Source: Candidatus Sigynarchaeum calidifontis
GTDB lineage: Archaea > Asgardarchaeota > Lokiarchaeia > Sigyniarchaeales > Sigyniarchaeaceae
NCBI GenBank assembly: GCA_030587475.2
Contig: JAUQYZ020000005.1
Span: forward strand, 1-28,269
Length of the DNA: 28,269 nt
Reading direction: 5' to 3'
Made by a program: the position numbers and the translations under genes. The notes beneath the pieces were generated by a model. The model saw nothing but the letters and a program-made list of their open reading frames with translations, ran no database searches and was not told where the DNA came from. Each line of letters opens with the position of its first letter. The first letter of the stretch is position 1. Shown here in pieces: positions 1-9,034 of the stretch.

Positions 1-72
1 CGGGCCGAGGCGGAGAAGCAACGGGCTGAGAAGTACCTGAAGATATTGAAGGATCACGGGATCGAGCCTTGA
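1..72 (+). CDS. 3' end of a truncated CDS (RAEAEKQRAEKYLKILKDHGIEP*); tail resembles coiled-coil C-termini of Uma2/PD-(D/E)XK-like proteins
   Basis: Frame +1 is open from base 1 to TGA at 70-72. The tail has an RAEAEKQRAE heptad-like repeat followed by LxxxGIEP. The family assignment is tentative. Confidence 0.55.
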   Translation, partial: RAEAEKQRAEKYLKILKDHGIEP

Positions 73-207
73 ACGCCCGCGGGCGCATGGCGCGAGATGG
101 GGATTGAGCGCATGGCGCTCAATCATCGATACGAGCCAGGTGGAAGATATCCGGTAGTTTATAGGAAAAAATCAAGCACTGGGGGCCACGAGACCTGTCA
201 AATCCTT

Positions 208-936
208 TTAATTCCCCTTGTTCAAGTTATCATAAAACTTTTGCCCGAAACCAAGCTCCAATTCGATGTTCTTGAGCAGCAATTCCCGTTCCTTGCACAA
301 GCATTGTTTCGATTGCTGGATCATGTCGGCACGCTTGTTCGTATAGATCCGAACCACTCTTCTTATCCCCCTCTCGAATTCCTCGGGTGGATACACGGAA
401 TGAAGGAACCCGTGGTGGCGCATTTCTTCTAGCCCGAATTTCTCGCCCCCGAACACGAGCTTGGACGCGATCGCCGGGGGGAAATGGTAGAAGGCGAGTC
501 CCATGACGTAGACCGGGAACATGCCGACGTCGACTTCCAGCATCTGCATGTAGACCTCGGGGCGATCCGCTGCGATCCGGATGTCGGCAGCGAGCGCCAG
601 CCCGCAGCCCATGCCGAGGATCACCCCGTTCAACGCGGCGATGATGATCTTGTCGGAGGTCAGGGCAAGTTTCCCCGATTCCACCATCAAGTCGTAGACT
701 TCCTTTTTTTTCTCGGGCGGCAGCGTCAAGATTTCCTTCGAATCGACGCCCGCGGAAAAAGCCCTCTCGCCCGCTGCTTTCACTAACACCACCGTCGTTC
801 TCGTGTCCGCGTTCAACGCGGTCAACACGTCGCGCAATTGCCTGAACATCTCTATGGAGAACGCGTTTGCCTTCTCGGGGCGATTGATCGTGATGGTCAA
901 CAAGTTATGCTTTTTTTCCACGATGAGCGGGTCCAT
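208..936 (-). CDS. Enoyl-CoA hydratase/isomerase (crotonase) family protein
   Basis: Motifs ITINRPEKANAFS, RAFSAGVD (oxyanion hole), IAALNGVILGMGCGLALAADIRIA and LEVDVGMFP. Start placed at MDPLIVEKK (ATG 936). Confidence 0.9.
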   Translation of the reverse strand: MDPLIVEKKHNLLTITINRPEKANAFSIEMFRQLRDVLTALNADTRTTVVLVKAAGERAFSAGVDSKEILTLPPEKKKEVYDLMVESGKLALTSDKIIIAALNGVILGMGCGLALAADIRIAADRPEVYMQMLEVDVGMFPVYVMGLAFYHFPPAIASKLVFGGEKFGLEEMRHHGFLHSVYPPEEFERGIRRVVRIYTNKRADMIQQSKQCLCKERELLLKNIELELGFGQKFYDNLNKGN

Positions 937-1088
937 GGTTACTCGATACCCCGGCATTCCATATATTTTGTACCGCCATCTTCGCAAGGGCCCTTCGATG
1001 GCCCATTTGATGGTGAGATAGGTTCTTAATTTTAAAATACATATGGGAATTGAAAACGCATCCTTTCACTTCGAGAGATGGTTGGATA

Positions 1089-1796
1089 ATGGGTAAAATG
1101 CAAGAATTCCTCGGGTGGCTAAGTGGCGAGGACAGCGGCGGTGGTGGCGGCAAGAGCAGCTTCTCGTCATCCCGCGGAGGTAAAAAAGGCGCCGACGCCG
1201 CGCAGCAGCGGACGCGCAAGATGCTGTTCAAGCTGCGATTGCAGATCAAGCGCATGCAGTCGCAGCAGCGCAAGCTCGAGTTCCAGGCCGACAAGAGCAA
1301 GAAAAAGGCCATCGAGATGAAAAAGAACGGCGACGAGCAAGGCGCGCGCATGTACGCGGCCGAGATGCTCAAGTACCGCAAGATGTCCGCCAACATGGTC
1401 AAGTTCATCACGAACCTCCAGGCCATGCAGTTCAAGCTCGAAGCGGTGACCGAAACACAGAAGATGGCGCACATGTTCGAGTCGATCGACGCATCGCTTC
1501 AAGACCTCAAGGGAACGGTCTCCGTGCCCGAGCTCCAGAGCACGCTCGAGTCGATCAACAGCACGATCATGGACATGGACGCGAACCTCGAGATCACGCA
1601 AGAAGGCCTCGAGCTCACGAATGAAGCGAATGTAAAAATCTCGGACAAGGAGCTCAAGTCGGCGCTCGACGAGATCGACCAGAGCATTGCCGTGGAGGGT
1701 ATGGAACTGCCAGGCGCGGCTGAGACCGAGCTGACGCCCGAGGAAGGCGAGAAGATCAAGGATTACAAATCGAGAATCGATTCGCTCAAGGGTTGA
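1089..1796 (+). CDS. ESCRT-III (Snf7-domain) protein, Vps2/Vps24/Vps46 (CHMP1-3)-like
   Basis: Basic N-terminal helical hairpin (LFKLRLQIKRMQSQQRKLE...KKAIEMKKNGDEQGARMYAAEMLKYRK) aligns by eye to CHMP1/Did2. The C-terminal half is acidic, with an N-terminal amphipathic MQEFLGWL and a MIM1-like C-terminus (DYKSRIDSLK). Start placed at ATG 1089. Confidence 0.85.
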   Translation: MGKMQEFLGWLSGEDSGGGGGKSSFSSSRGGKKGADAAQQRTRKMLFKLRLQIKRMQSQQRKLEFQADKSKKKAIEMKKNGDEQGARMYAAEMLKYRKMSANMVKFITNLQAMQFKLEAVTETQKMAHMFESIDASLQDLKGTVSVPELQSTLESINSTIMDMDANLEITQEGLELTNEANVKISDKELKSALDEIDQSIAVEGMELPGAAETELTPEEGEKIKDYKSRIDSLKG

Positions 1797-1904
1797 CGCG
1801 AGATATTTCTTCACTTGCCTACATGTCTTGTTTTCCCCTCGGGCACGTTTTTATATTCCGCATTTCTATTCGTAAATCAACACGTTCATTGAGGCGAACT
1901 TGAA

Positions 1905-2291
1905 ATGGGACGCACTCGAACATACTCGTCCTCTCACCCTTATTACACGTGGTGGGCAACCATAAGAACAATCATCATTGTCGGGGCAATCTTGACGATT
2001 ATTCTCGCGATCGTGTGGATGATTCCTGATTACAGCCGCGCGGAGCATTGGTTCGGGACGCTCGGGCTGGGAGCCATCATCTGGAATATCGTCTGGGGGA
2101 TCGTCCACATCGTGCTTGCCATTGGCTTGTTGAGCGGCACGGGCGCTATACGAAGGAAGAAAGTCCACATCTGGTGCCACTGGCTGGTGTTGATCATCGT
2201 GGGCCTGGTGATCGTCTTGCCGACTGGTAACTGGGGCGGCGTTGTCGTGGTCGTCGCCGGCGTCGTCGGGATCGTTGACCGCCTCGATTGA
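1905..2291 (+). CDS. Small integral membrane protein (~4 TM helices), unknown function
   Basis: 128 aa with four long hydrophobic segments; same strand as its neighbours and follows an AT-rich promoter-like gap. Confidence 0.75.
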   Translation: MGRTRTYSSSHPYYTWWATIRTIIIVGAILTIILAIVWMIPDYSRAEHWFGTLGLGAIIWNIVWGIVHIVLAIGLLSGTGAIRRKKVHIWCHWLVLIIVGLVIVLPTGNWGGVVVVVAGVVGIVDRLD

Positions 2292-2373
2292 GCCAGCCAT
2301 TTTCTCATTTTTCCTTTTCGCCGGCTACCCGGAACCAAGATAAACCTTACGACATTCCTCGTCGTGAAGGCAT

Positions 2374-3045
2374 ATGATCGACTGTTTCATCCTCGGGTCA
2401 AAGTCCACGGATCGAAAGGAGCTCATGGAGAAATCAGGGCTCGTGCCGCTCGTCGTGTTGCCCGGGGACTACCCGGAGCGCGAGGAGGACGAGGTCAACA
2501 ACCCGGCACGTCTTGCGGAGATCTTGGCTTCCAAGAAAGCCCAGAACGTGCTTGACAAGCTCCGGCTAGCAATCAAGAAGGAGGGCTTTCTTGCAAGTCT
2601 CCCGATCCCGAAAGATACGAAAGTCGCCACGCTCGTGCTCGTGACCGCCGACACGGTCGTCTCGTTGAAGAGCGAGGTCATCGGCAAGGCGGAGGACGCG
2701 GACGAAGCGTTCCAGATATTGCAACGACTGCAAGGCCAGGTGCACAAGCTCATCACGGCGTATTGCTTGAAAGCCATCGAGTTCGATATCATGGCTCAAT
2801 CCTTGAAGGAATTGACGAGCAAGACGGGCGGAACCGCCACGCGCGTGAAATTTAATCATCTCGATAGCCAACAGATCCGCGCTTACATCGAGACGGGCGA
2901 GTGGAAGGGACGGGCGGGGTGCTACGCCATCCAGCTGCAAGCGAGCAAGTTCGTCCGATCGATCGAGGGTTCCCACAGCGGCGTCATCGGCCTCCCGGTC
3001 GCCGAGATCATCGCTGATTTGCATGCCATGGGCTTGGACGTCTAG
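2374..3045 (+). CDS. maf: Maf family nucleoside triphosphate pyrophosphatase
   Basis: Motifs ILGSKSTDRKELM, LASKKA, VTADTVV, IGKAED, YIETGEWKGRAGCYAIQ and IEGSHSGVIGLP. Confidence 0.9.
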   Translation: MIDCFILGSKSTDRKELMEKSGLVPLVVLPGDYPEREEDEVNNPARLAEILASKKAQNVLDKLRLAIKKEGFLASLPIPKDTKVATLVLVTADTVVSLKSEVIGKAEDADEAFQILQRLQGQVHKLITAYCLKAIEFDIMAQSLKELTSKTGGTATRVKFNHLDSQQIRAYIETGEWKGRAGCYAIQLQASKFVRSIEGSHSGVIGLPVAEIIADLHAMGLDV

Positions 3046-3085
3046 ATGGCTCGGATGATGATGAAAAAAGGAAGGAACGGGGGTT

Positions 3086-4654
3086 TCACGTTTTCAATGC
3101 GAACCCGCAGTCTGGACAGAACACGTCATCTGCCGTGTATCCCCTCCCACAATTCGGGCATTTGCGGGGGAACGGTTTGTCATCCCCTTGATCCTTCGAT
3201 GGGAGCGGTCGTGGTTCTGGTTCGGGCGTTGGTTCCACGCGGATTTCATCCGCTCGTGGGGCATCGACGGGGAATTCTGATTCACCCTGGCCGGGAATGC
3301 TGGCACCAGGTCCAGGGATTTCGCTTCGGCGATCCACCTGCGCGACCACGGGCTCGCCAGCCGGCGCTGTTTGCACCGCTGGAGCGATGGCACCTTGTAC
3401 CGGGCTTTCGTTTTGGGCACCTGATGTCGTGGCCGCTGGCTCGCTAGCCCGTGCCGATTCCACGGCTGGAGCGACATCACCATGCAGGGGGCTTACACCA
3501 GAGACATCAACAACCGGCGTGGCCGCTGGCTCGCTAGCAAATGCTGGTTCCACGGGTGGGGTGGTCAAAGCCGGTTCTGCGCGATCGCTCGGGCCTACAT
3601 CGGGCGAAATTGCTGGTTCGGTGGCTGGCATTATTCCCTCGGGTGGAACGGGGACGGGCTCGACCGGTGCCTTTTCGATCGGTTGGTATTCGACCGGTGC
3701 TTGAACATCATCGTGGCATTCCGCTATCGTGCCACTGGCGATTGTTTCTTCCGGGTGGGCACCGGCTGTTGCGGGTGGTTGAACCTCGCATCCAGATATT
3801 TCACCGAGCAGCTGTGATTCGAGCGATTGGATTGAAAGGTCTTGTGGCTGGTCGGTCGGGCTGGCCGGGGAATCGCTTTGTCGGTCGGACTTGGCCTCCG
3901 CGGCTTCGAGCGCCCGATCGATTGCCGATGGCGGTTCTTGCGTGTCGTTGTCCCCTTGCACAGCTGCTTGTGCCGCCACGGCGGTGGTAGTGGCCGTGCT
4001 TCCGGCTTCCGGGGGTATCATCGTCGTGGCATCGGGGCTCGCGGCTGCGATGTCGAAGACGAGGCTGCGTTCCTGGGCCTGTGCACTCGCCGCGTGCAGC
4101 GGCACCGCGTTCATTTGCACCCCGCCCAATTGCGGATTGTATGGTTGCTCTGCTCTACTCGTGGTCATCGTGGTTTGCACGGTAGTGGGAGGTGATAGCA
4201 ATGCAGTTTCGTCTCTTTCTTGTTTGGGTGCCGCTGGAGGCGATGCCTTGACGACAATCGATTTCAACGCGGCAGCCTTGGCCGATCCCAACAAGATACT
4301 AAACACGATCAAGAACACACCTGAATACACGAATCCCCAGAGCCAGTTGACCACGTTTGATTGCAAGAGGAACGCGATGGGAACCGGGGCGGGAACGAGG
4401 AACCCGAACACTGGCGAGAGGGCCATGAAGATCTTCGCGATCTTTATCAACCACAGGGGGGTATCTGCCGCGGCTTCCAGGCACCAGATGCAGAGGCCGC
4501 CGTGCTTTGCATAACATTTTTTACACAGTTCCATCGAGCACTTCCGGCACTTCTTGACTGCCACCGAATAGGTGATCGTCGCGCCACACTCCATGCACGA
4601 TGCCGTGTATGATTGGTAGGACATGTATGCCATCTTGACATGCACCTCGCTCAT
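3086..4654 (-). CDS. Membrane protein: N-terminal 8-Cys Zn finger, 2 TM helices, long acidic Pro/Ala-rich disordered region, C-terminal Zn ribbon
   Basis: CMEC..CRKC..CKKC..CIWC at the N-terminus, two hydrophobic helices, and CPNCG...FCPDCG at the C-terminus. ATG 4654 overlaps the upstream stop (ATGA); an alternative start is 4633. Confidence 0.8.
   Translation of the reverse strand: MSEVHVKMAYMSYQSYTASCMECGATITYSVAVKKCRKCSMELCKKCYAKHGGLCIWCLEAAADTPLWLIKIAKIFMALSPVFGFLVPAPVPIAFLLQSNVVNWLWGFVYSGVFLIVFSILLGSAKAAALKSIVVKASPPAAPKQERDETALLSPPTTVQTTMTTSRAEQPYNPQLGGVQMNAVPLHAASAQAQERSLVFDIAAASPDATTMIPPEAGSTATTTAVAAQAAVQGDNDTQEPPSAIDRALEAAEAKSDRQSDSPASPTDQPQDLSIQSLESQLLGEISGCEVQPPATAGAHPEETIASGTIAECHDDVQAPVEYQPIEKAPVEPVPVPPEGIMPATEPAISPDVGPSDRAEPALTTPPVEPAFASEPAATPVVDVSGVSPLHGDVAPAVESARASEPAATTSGAQNESPVQGAIAPAVQTAPAGEPVVAQVDRRSEIPGPGASIPGQGESEFPVDAPRADEIRVEPTPEPEPRPLPSKDQGDDKPFPRKCPNCGRGYTADDVFCPDCGFALKT
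3428..3538. repeat. 21-bp exact direct repeat (cgtggccgctggctcgctagc) x2, 90 bp apart, encoding ASEPAAT twice
   Basis: Copies at 3428-3448 and 3518-3538, inside the disordered linker of the 3086-4654 CDS. Confidence 0.85.
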
Positions 4655-7518
4655 AGAGGCGGCGGTGAATACCCGCAATTAGTGCAGCGGCCTTCGATTA
4701 ATGCATGACCGCACTTCGTGCAAAACTTCCGAACCGGGCGCTGGAAGGATGCCGGCGGTTCGTGATCCATCCGGTCACTGGCCAATGGTGGCGAATACCC
4801 GCAAGTTGCGCACCGGCCCTCGATCAATGCTTGGCCGCACTTCTTGCAGAACCTTGGAACAGGGCTCTGGACGGATGCTCGCCTTTCCTCCGCGATCCGC
4901 TCCTGGATTTTCTGGATCAGTATCGCCTTAACCAATGCCCGCTGTTCTGGTGGAAGCGCTTCGAGCTGGCGTTGGATCTCGTATGGTAAAATGATCGTGG
5001 GTTGCGGATAGGTGCGCAGCGGGGGTGATCTATATGGCGACGTGTAGTAACTCGGCGAGCTGGTGTACGGTCGCTGGTAGGGGGTCATCTGGATCCTTGG
5101 CCTGACAATTTGCGTGTGCCGGTAAAGGTCGCTTGGCCGGGGCCCAGACGGGCGAGGCCGGGGATACTCGTGATTCTTCCCGCGTTGTCTCGCCCCGATG
5201 ATCGCGACGATGACCACGGCGGCGACCATGCAGAAGCCGAAGACGTGCAGCAGCGGCGTGTCGCCAGGGTTGCACGGGTCGCTTCCCAAGGAATACTCGT
5301 CGTAATCGCTGAAGCCATCCCCGTCGGATTCCGTTGCATTTATCCTAGTACCCAGCACGTATTCAAAGTAATCATCCAATCTATCCCCATCCGTATCAAC
5401 ATTCGCGGGATTTCCACCTATTATATATTCCAGATAGTTAGTCAATCCATCATGATCGAGATCGCCTGCTCCATCGTTTAAAGTTAAAAACAAGCCATAC
5501 GCGTGCTCCCAGGCATCCGGCATCCCGTCTGAATCTGAATCCACGGAGCCCGGATCAGATCTATGCCCGTACTCGTTGATGTTGGTAAGGCCGTCACCGT
5601 CGGGGTCGAGACCTGCATCGGGCACGAACATGTCAACTATTGGACTATAAAAGTACTCCCAATCATCCCACATACCATCCCCATCCGTGTCTGGGTTTGA
5701 AATATTGCTTGAAATCAAATATTCTATTTTATCGAATAATCCATCGGAATCCTTGTCCGTGAAATTATTCGCAATATTTGGATTCAATCCGTTGATATAT
5801 TCGCCGATATTGGGGATGGCATCGTTATCCGGGTCGAAACTAGCGTCATTGAAGGAAGGATTCAATCCATGTTGGATCTCGAAACCATCCATCATGCCAT
5901 CTCCTTCGGAATCCTTCGCCCACATGTTAATACCGAGATTGAACTCGGCCAGGTCATTTATACCATCGCCATCAGAATCGATAAGGGAGTTGAATGCCGG
6001 CCCTGATACTTCAACGGAAGAACTCACCTTTTCGATGTAATTGCCATATTTTGCGCTCAATATTGACGTGACAGCAGATGTCGTGAATCCACCCGTTGGC
6101 GCGGCGATTATCTTTGATATTGGCGATGCGGAGGGTAATATGCTATTATTGTTATATTGGATTATGCAAGTTTGAGAATTTTTATCATAATATATGCATG
6201 ATAGCTCGCCCCAACCGAGTCCGTTCAAGTAAAAATTCACGTTCGTATTGTAACTCCCATCGACAGTGATCGAGTTGATCTTCGCGTTCGGCTGGAATAT
6301 GGTGCTTCCCGCGATGTTGTCATATTGTTGCGGGTGATGGGGGAACCCGAGGGCTGTCGATCTTGAGATAGTATTTGTGGAGATGTAACTAAACGTTTCC
6401 TCGAATGAGACTGCGCCGTCCCCGTCGGCATCGTATGTTGCCGTCCACGGGAGCAAGAAATACCGGGTAAACACGCCGTTGTATGCAGAACTGTCCTCGA
6501 GGGACATTTCGATATCCTGGCACGCGGTCATGGAATACCTCCCCGTGGCTTGAATCGCCGAGCCAACGCCGCCGCTGTTGCACGTGTCGAACACAGTGAT
6601 GACCTTGCCGGGCACCGTGTCGAGAAGGGCGTCCAGTTCCGGGCCCGTGAAGCCGTCCGTTAAACCATCGTATGGAATAAATTCATATGGAGCTACCCAT
6701 CTCATCGTTTGAACCTGGTCAACTTGGAAACCCCAGTAGGTATAACTATAATCGGTTTCGAGATTCACGTAAATGTCATCCGTGTAAACCCAAGACGACC
6801 AGACGTCGTAATACGGCCCGCCAGTGAAATAATCCCAGACGGCAGCATTCGAGGTGTCTGCATAGTCTCCAATGTCGACATAATCATAACCATATTCTGT
6901 ATATACCTCCACGAAGTGAACTCGCATCATTTGTACTCCTGGAACTGAATAGTGCCAAAATGAATTCATGTTATTGGAATACGGGTGGGTTGATTGCACG
7001 CTCCACGAATACGTGTTGATCTGTTCCGCCGATGACCCGTGACCCGAGAAATAAAAAAACAACGTGTCATCTGCATCCATTTTACTAGCGAAATTGGAAA
7101 CAGCGGAAGTGAGGGCACTCGTCGTCGCTTGGGAATTTGTCAAACAAACGACATTTGACGATGGCACGTGGAAAGTGTTCAGCACGAGGCTGTTCACGTC
7201 AATCGCATCGTCGTCACTATATTGTAAATCATTAGAAGTGCCCGGATAATCCGAAACGCCCGCAATAACAGCGTATCCTTCGGCAACATTCGCCGGGCTG
7301 CCGGCATCCTTCACGGGTATACTAAGTGGCACTGTAAACCTGTCAATAAATCCAGGTTCCGTTTTCTTCAAAGATTGTGAAGGGCATTCTATGTTCCAAC
7401 CAGAGCCCGTTATATTCTTCTCCGAAGGGGTGCTGGTAATCACCCCGATTCGGGTATATGCCATGGGAAAGAAAGCAAATAGCATCATTCCGAGTATAAT
7501 ATATTTTTTTTGCTCCAT
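4651..7518 (-). CDS. Type I membrane caspase-like (peptidase C14) protein with CUB-like insertion, TSP3-like Ca-binding repeats, TM helix and cytoplasmic tandem Zn ribbons
   Basis: Signal-like N-terminus; YAVIAGVSDY...DLQYSDDDA; FFYFSGHG (His160); VFDTCNSGG (Cys313); NGVFTRY; repeated DxDGDGxxDxxE; TM HVFGFCMVAAVVIVAIIG; two FCxKCG...CxxCG. Confidence 0.85.
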   Translation of the reverse strand: MEQKKYIILGMMLFAFFPMAYTRIGVITSTPSEKNITGSGWNIECPSQSLKKTEPGFIDRFTVPLSIPVKDAGSPANVAEGYAVIAGVSDYPGTSNDLQYSDDDAIDVNSLVLNTFHVPSSNVVCLTNSQATTSALTSAVSNFASKMDADDTLFFYFSGHGSSAEQINTYSWSVQSTHPYSNNMNSFWHYSVPGVQMMRVHFVEVYTEYGYDYVDIGDYADTSNAAVWDYFTGGPYYDVWSSWVYTDDIYVNLETDYSYTYWGFQVDQVQTMRWVAPYEFIPYDGLTDGFTGPELDALLDTVPGKVITVFDTCNSGGVGSAIQATGRYSMTACQDIEMSLEDSSAYNGVFTRYFLLPWTATYDADGDGAVSFEETFSYISTNTISRSTALGFPHHPQQYDNIAGSTIFQPNAKINSITVDGSYNTNVNFYLNGLGWGELSCIYYDKNSQTCIIQYNNNSILPSASPISKIIAAPTGGFTTSAVTSILSAKYGNYIEKVSSSVEVSGPAFNSLIDSDGDGINDLAEFNLGINMWAKDSEGDGMMDGFEIQHGLNPSFNDASFDPDNDAIPNIGEYINGLNPNIANNFTDKDSDGLFDKIEYLISSNISNPDTDGDGMWDDWEYFYSPIVDMFVPDAGLDPDGDGLTNINEYGHRSDPGSVDSDSDGMPDAWEHAYGLFLTLNDGAGDLDHDGLTNYLEYIIGGNPANVDTDGDRLDDYFEYVLGTRINATESDGDGFSDYDEYSLGSDPCNPGDTPLLHVFGFCMVAAVVIVAIIGARQRGKNHEYPRPRPSGPRPSDLYRHTQIVRPRIQMTPYQRPYTSSPSYYTSPYRSPPLRTYPQPTIILPYEIQRQLEALPPEQRALVKAILIQKIQERIAEERRASVQSPVPRFCKKCGQALIEGRCATCGYSPPLASDRMDHEPPASFQRPVRKFCTKCGHALIEGRCTNCGYSPPPL
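4660..4865. repeat. Imperfect direct duplication (~78 bp, period 126 bp) encoding two Zn-ribbon-YSPP units
   Basis: gaatacccgcaa at 4667 and 4793; protein PVPRFCKKCGQALIEGRCATCGYSPPL versus PVRKFCTKCGHALIEGRCTNCGYSPPPL. Confidence 0.85.
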
Positions 7519-7552
7519 TTATTTCACTCCTTTTTTTTTCACACCTATCATT

Positions 7553-9034
7553 TCAACTGATATTTTTAGAGAAATTGTCTGGATATCTCGTTGATTTTCC
7601 TATCCCTCGTTTCGAGCACAAGATCGGCCCGACGACAAGCATAAACACCAAGCTTGCACCTATTATGCCTAAAATCACCAGCGTTATGTTGGTACCGGCA
7701 TCTCGGAGCTGGTTGGGATTCATGGGCTGTCCGGCATAAATCGTAATCCAGACTTGATCCTGAACACAAGCGCCGATTCCATCCGAAGCAACGATCGTGA
7801 TGTTGTACTTTCCAGGTGCAATGCTGTCGAGGTTGACGGTCACTGCTTTCCCTGTATTCCAGGTGCCGCTGGCGATGAAAGAGCCGTTGGCGTAGATCTT
7901 GTAGGTTCGCGTGGACGTACTGAAGTCGGTGATAGTCCACGAGATTGCGATGTTGGATTGATCTCCCGTGAAAATCGCGTCATTGGGATGTGTGATAGTC
8001 GGGATCCCGTTCAACACCCTGACGATGACCGTGTCTTGCACAAAGCCGCCATAACCATCTGTCGTCACGATGGTGTAGTTGTATGAACCGACTGGCAAGC
8101 CAGCCACGCTTTGCGTTACCGTGGCGATCACTGACCATGTACCACTGGTAACCACCGATCCATTTGCGTACACGGTATAGGTTCGAATACTCGAGTTGAT
8201 GTCCGTCATGGTCCACGAGACTTGATAACCGGTTTGACCCGCCGTGTATGTGATATCCGAAGGATGCGTCAAGATCGGGTAAATATTGCTATACCAGCTC
8301 GCATCGATGTTGTCGATGGCGATCCAGCCGGCTGAAGATGCGCCCGTGTGAACGCGGAGCACTTGCATGGCCGTCGCGGTTCCGTATCTTGTCGAGAAGT
8401 GGACACCACCGTTGTTGTATTTCGTGCCATTGATGGTCACGTCGATCGTGTGCATGTTCCCGACGAACTCGAGCGTGACATGATAGCGTGCATTGGCTAT
8501 GTATGTCGTGAGGGCAACGTCCGCGGAATTGTCGTGTCCCGCGACGATGTAACCCGTTGTACTGAACGAAATGTACCAGTAGTCCGTCAAGGAGCTATCC
8601 GAACCGATGTAGATCGTCCTGAGCGCGTTCGTCGCGCCAGCGGCCATGTCGAACTCGATCTTCACGCCTGCAGAATAGGTGCCCGCGCTTGCAAATGTAT
8701 ATGTCATGTAATACGGGTAGGAACTATAGGTGAGATACACCATTCCCATCAACGATCCCGCGATGCTCTCCGCAGTGGACGTTCCGTAGCTGCCACCATA
8801 CACAACCCAACGGGCTCTACCGGTCTCGAAGGATGAGCCCGCTGTCATGTTTTCGAAGTTTTCCTCAATTGGGTATAAATAACTCGATTTAAAACTATTA
8901 TCATCTTGATCCAAGAATTGATTCTTCTTTACATCATCAATGATGTCATGTCTTGCAATCCCGCCCACTATAAGCCCCAAAATAGCGAGCTGGAAAATGG
9001 CATGGCAGATCCGACGTGGACGCGTTCTCTTCAA
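7553..9034 (-). CDS. Cell-surface protein: signal peptide, beta-sandwich (lectin-like) domain, two Ig-like repeats, C-terminal TM anchor
   Basis: Hydrophobic N-terminus; two repeats of THPxD...SWTxTD...RTYxxYANGS...SGTW...YNxTIVxxDGxG..VQDxV; TM ITLVILGIIGASLVFMLVVG followed by a basic tail; several N-x-S/T sequons. Confidence 0.8.
   Translation of the reverse strand: MKRTRPRRICHAIFQLAILGLIVGGIARHDIIDDVKKNQFLDQDDNSFKSSYLYPIEENFENMTAGSSFETGRARWVVYGGSYGTSTAESIAGSLMGMVYLTYSSYPYYMTYTFASAGTYSAGVKIEFDMAAGATNALRTIYIGSDSSLTDYWYISFSTTGYIVAGHDNSADVALTTYIANARYHVTLEFVGNMHTIDVTINGTKYNNGGVHFSTRYGTATAMQVLRVHTGASSAGWIAIDNIDASWYSNIYPILTHPSDITYTAGQTGYQVSWTMTDINSSIRTYTVYANGSVVTSGTWSVIATVTQSVAGLPVGSYNYTIVTTDGYGGFVQDTVIVRVLNGIPTITHPNDAIFTGDQSNIAISWTITDFSTSTRTYKIYANGSFIASGTWNTGKAVTVNLDSIAPGKYNITIVASDGIGACVQDQVWITIYAGQPMNPNQLRDAGTNITLVILGIIGASLVFMLVVGPILCSKRGIGKSTRYPDNFSKNIS

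Noticed and set aside
1167-1814. 215-aa antisense ORF, and similar long shadow ORFs (e.g. 9639-10334, 11738-12376, 15713-16495, 22828-23511, 26020-26757)
   Set aside because: They lie opposite well-supported genes and are expected from GC-rich codon bias; no motifs.
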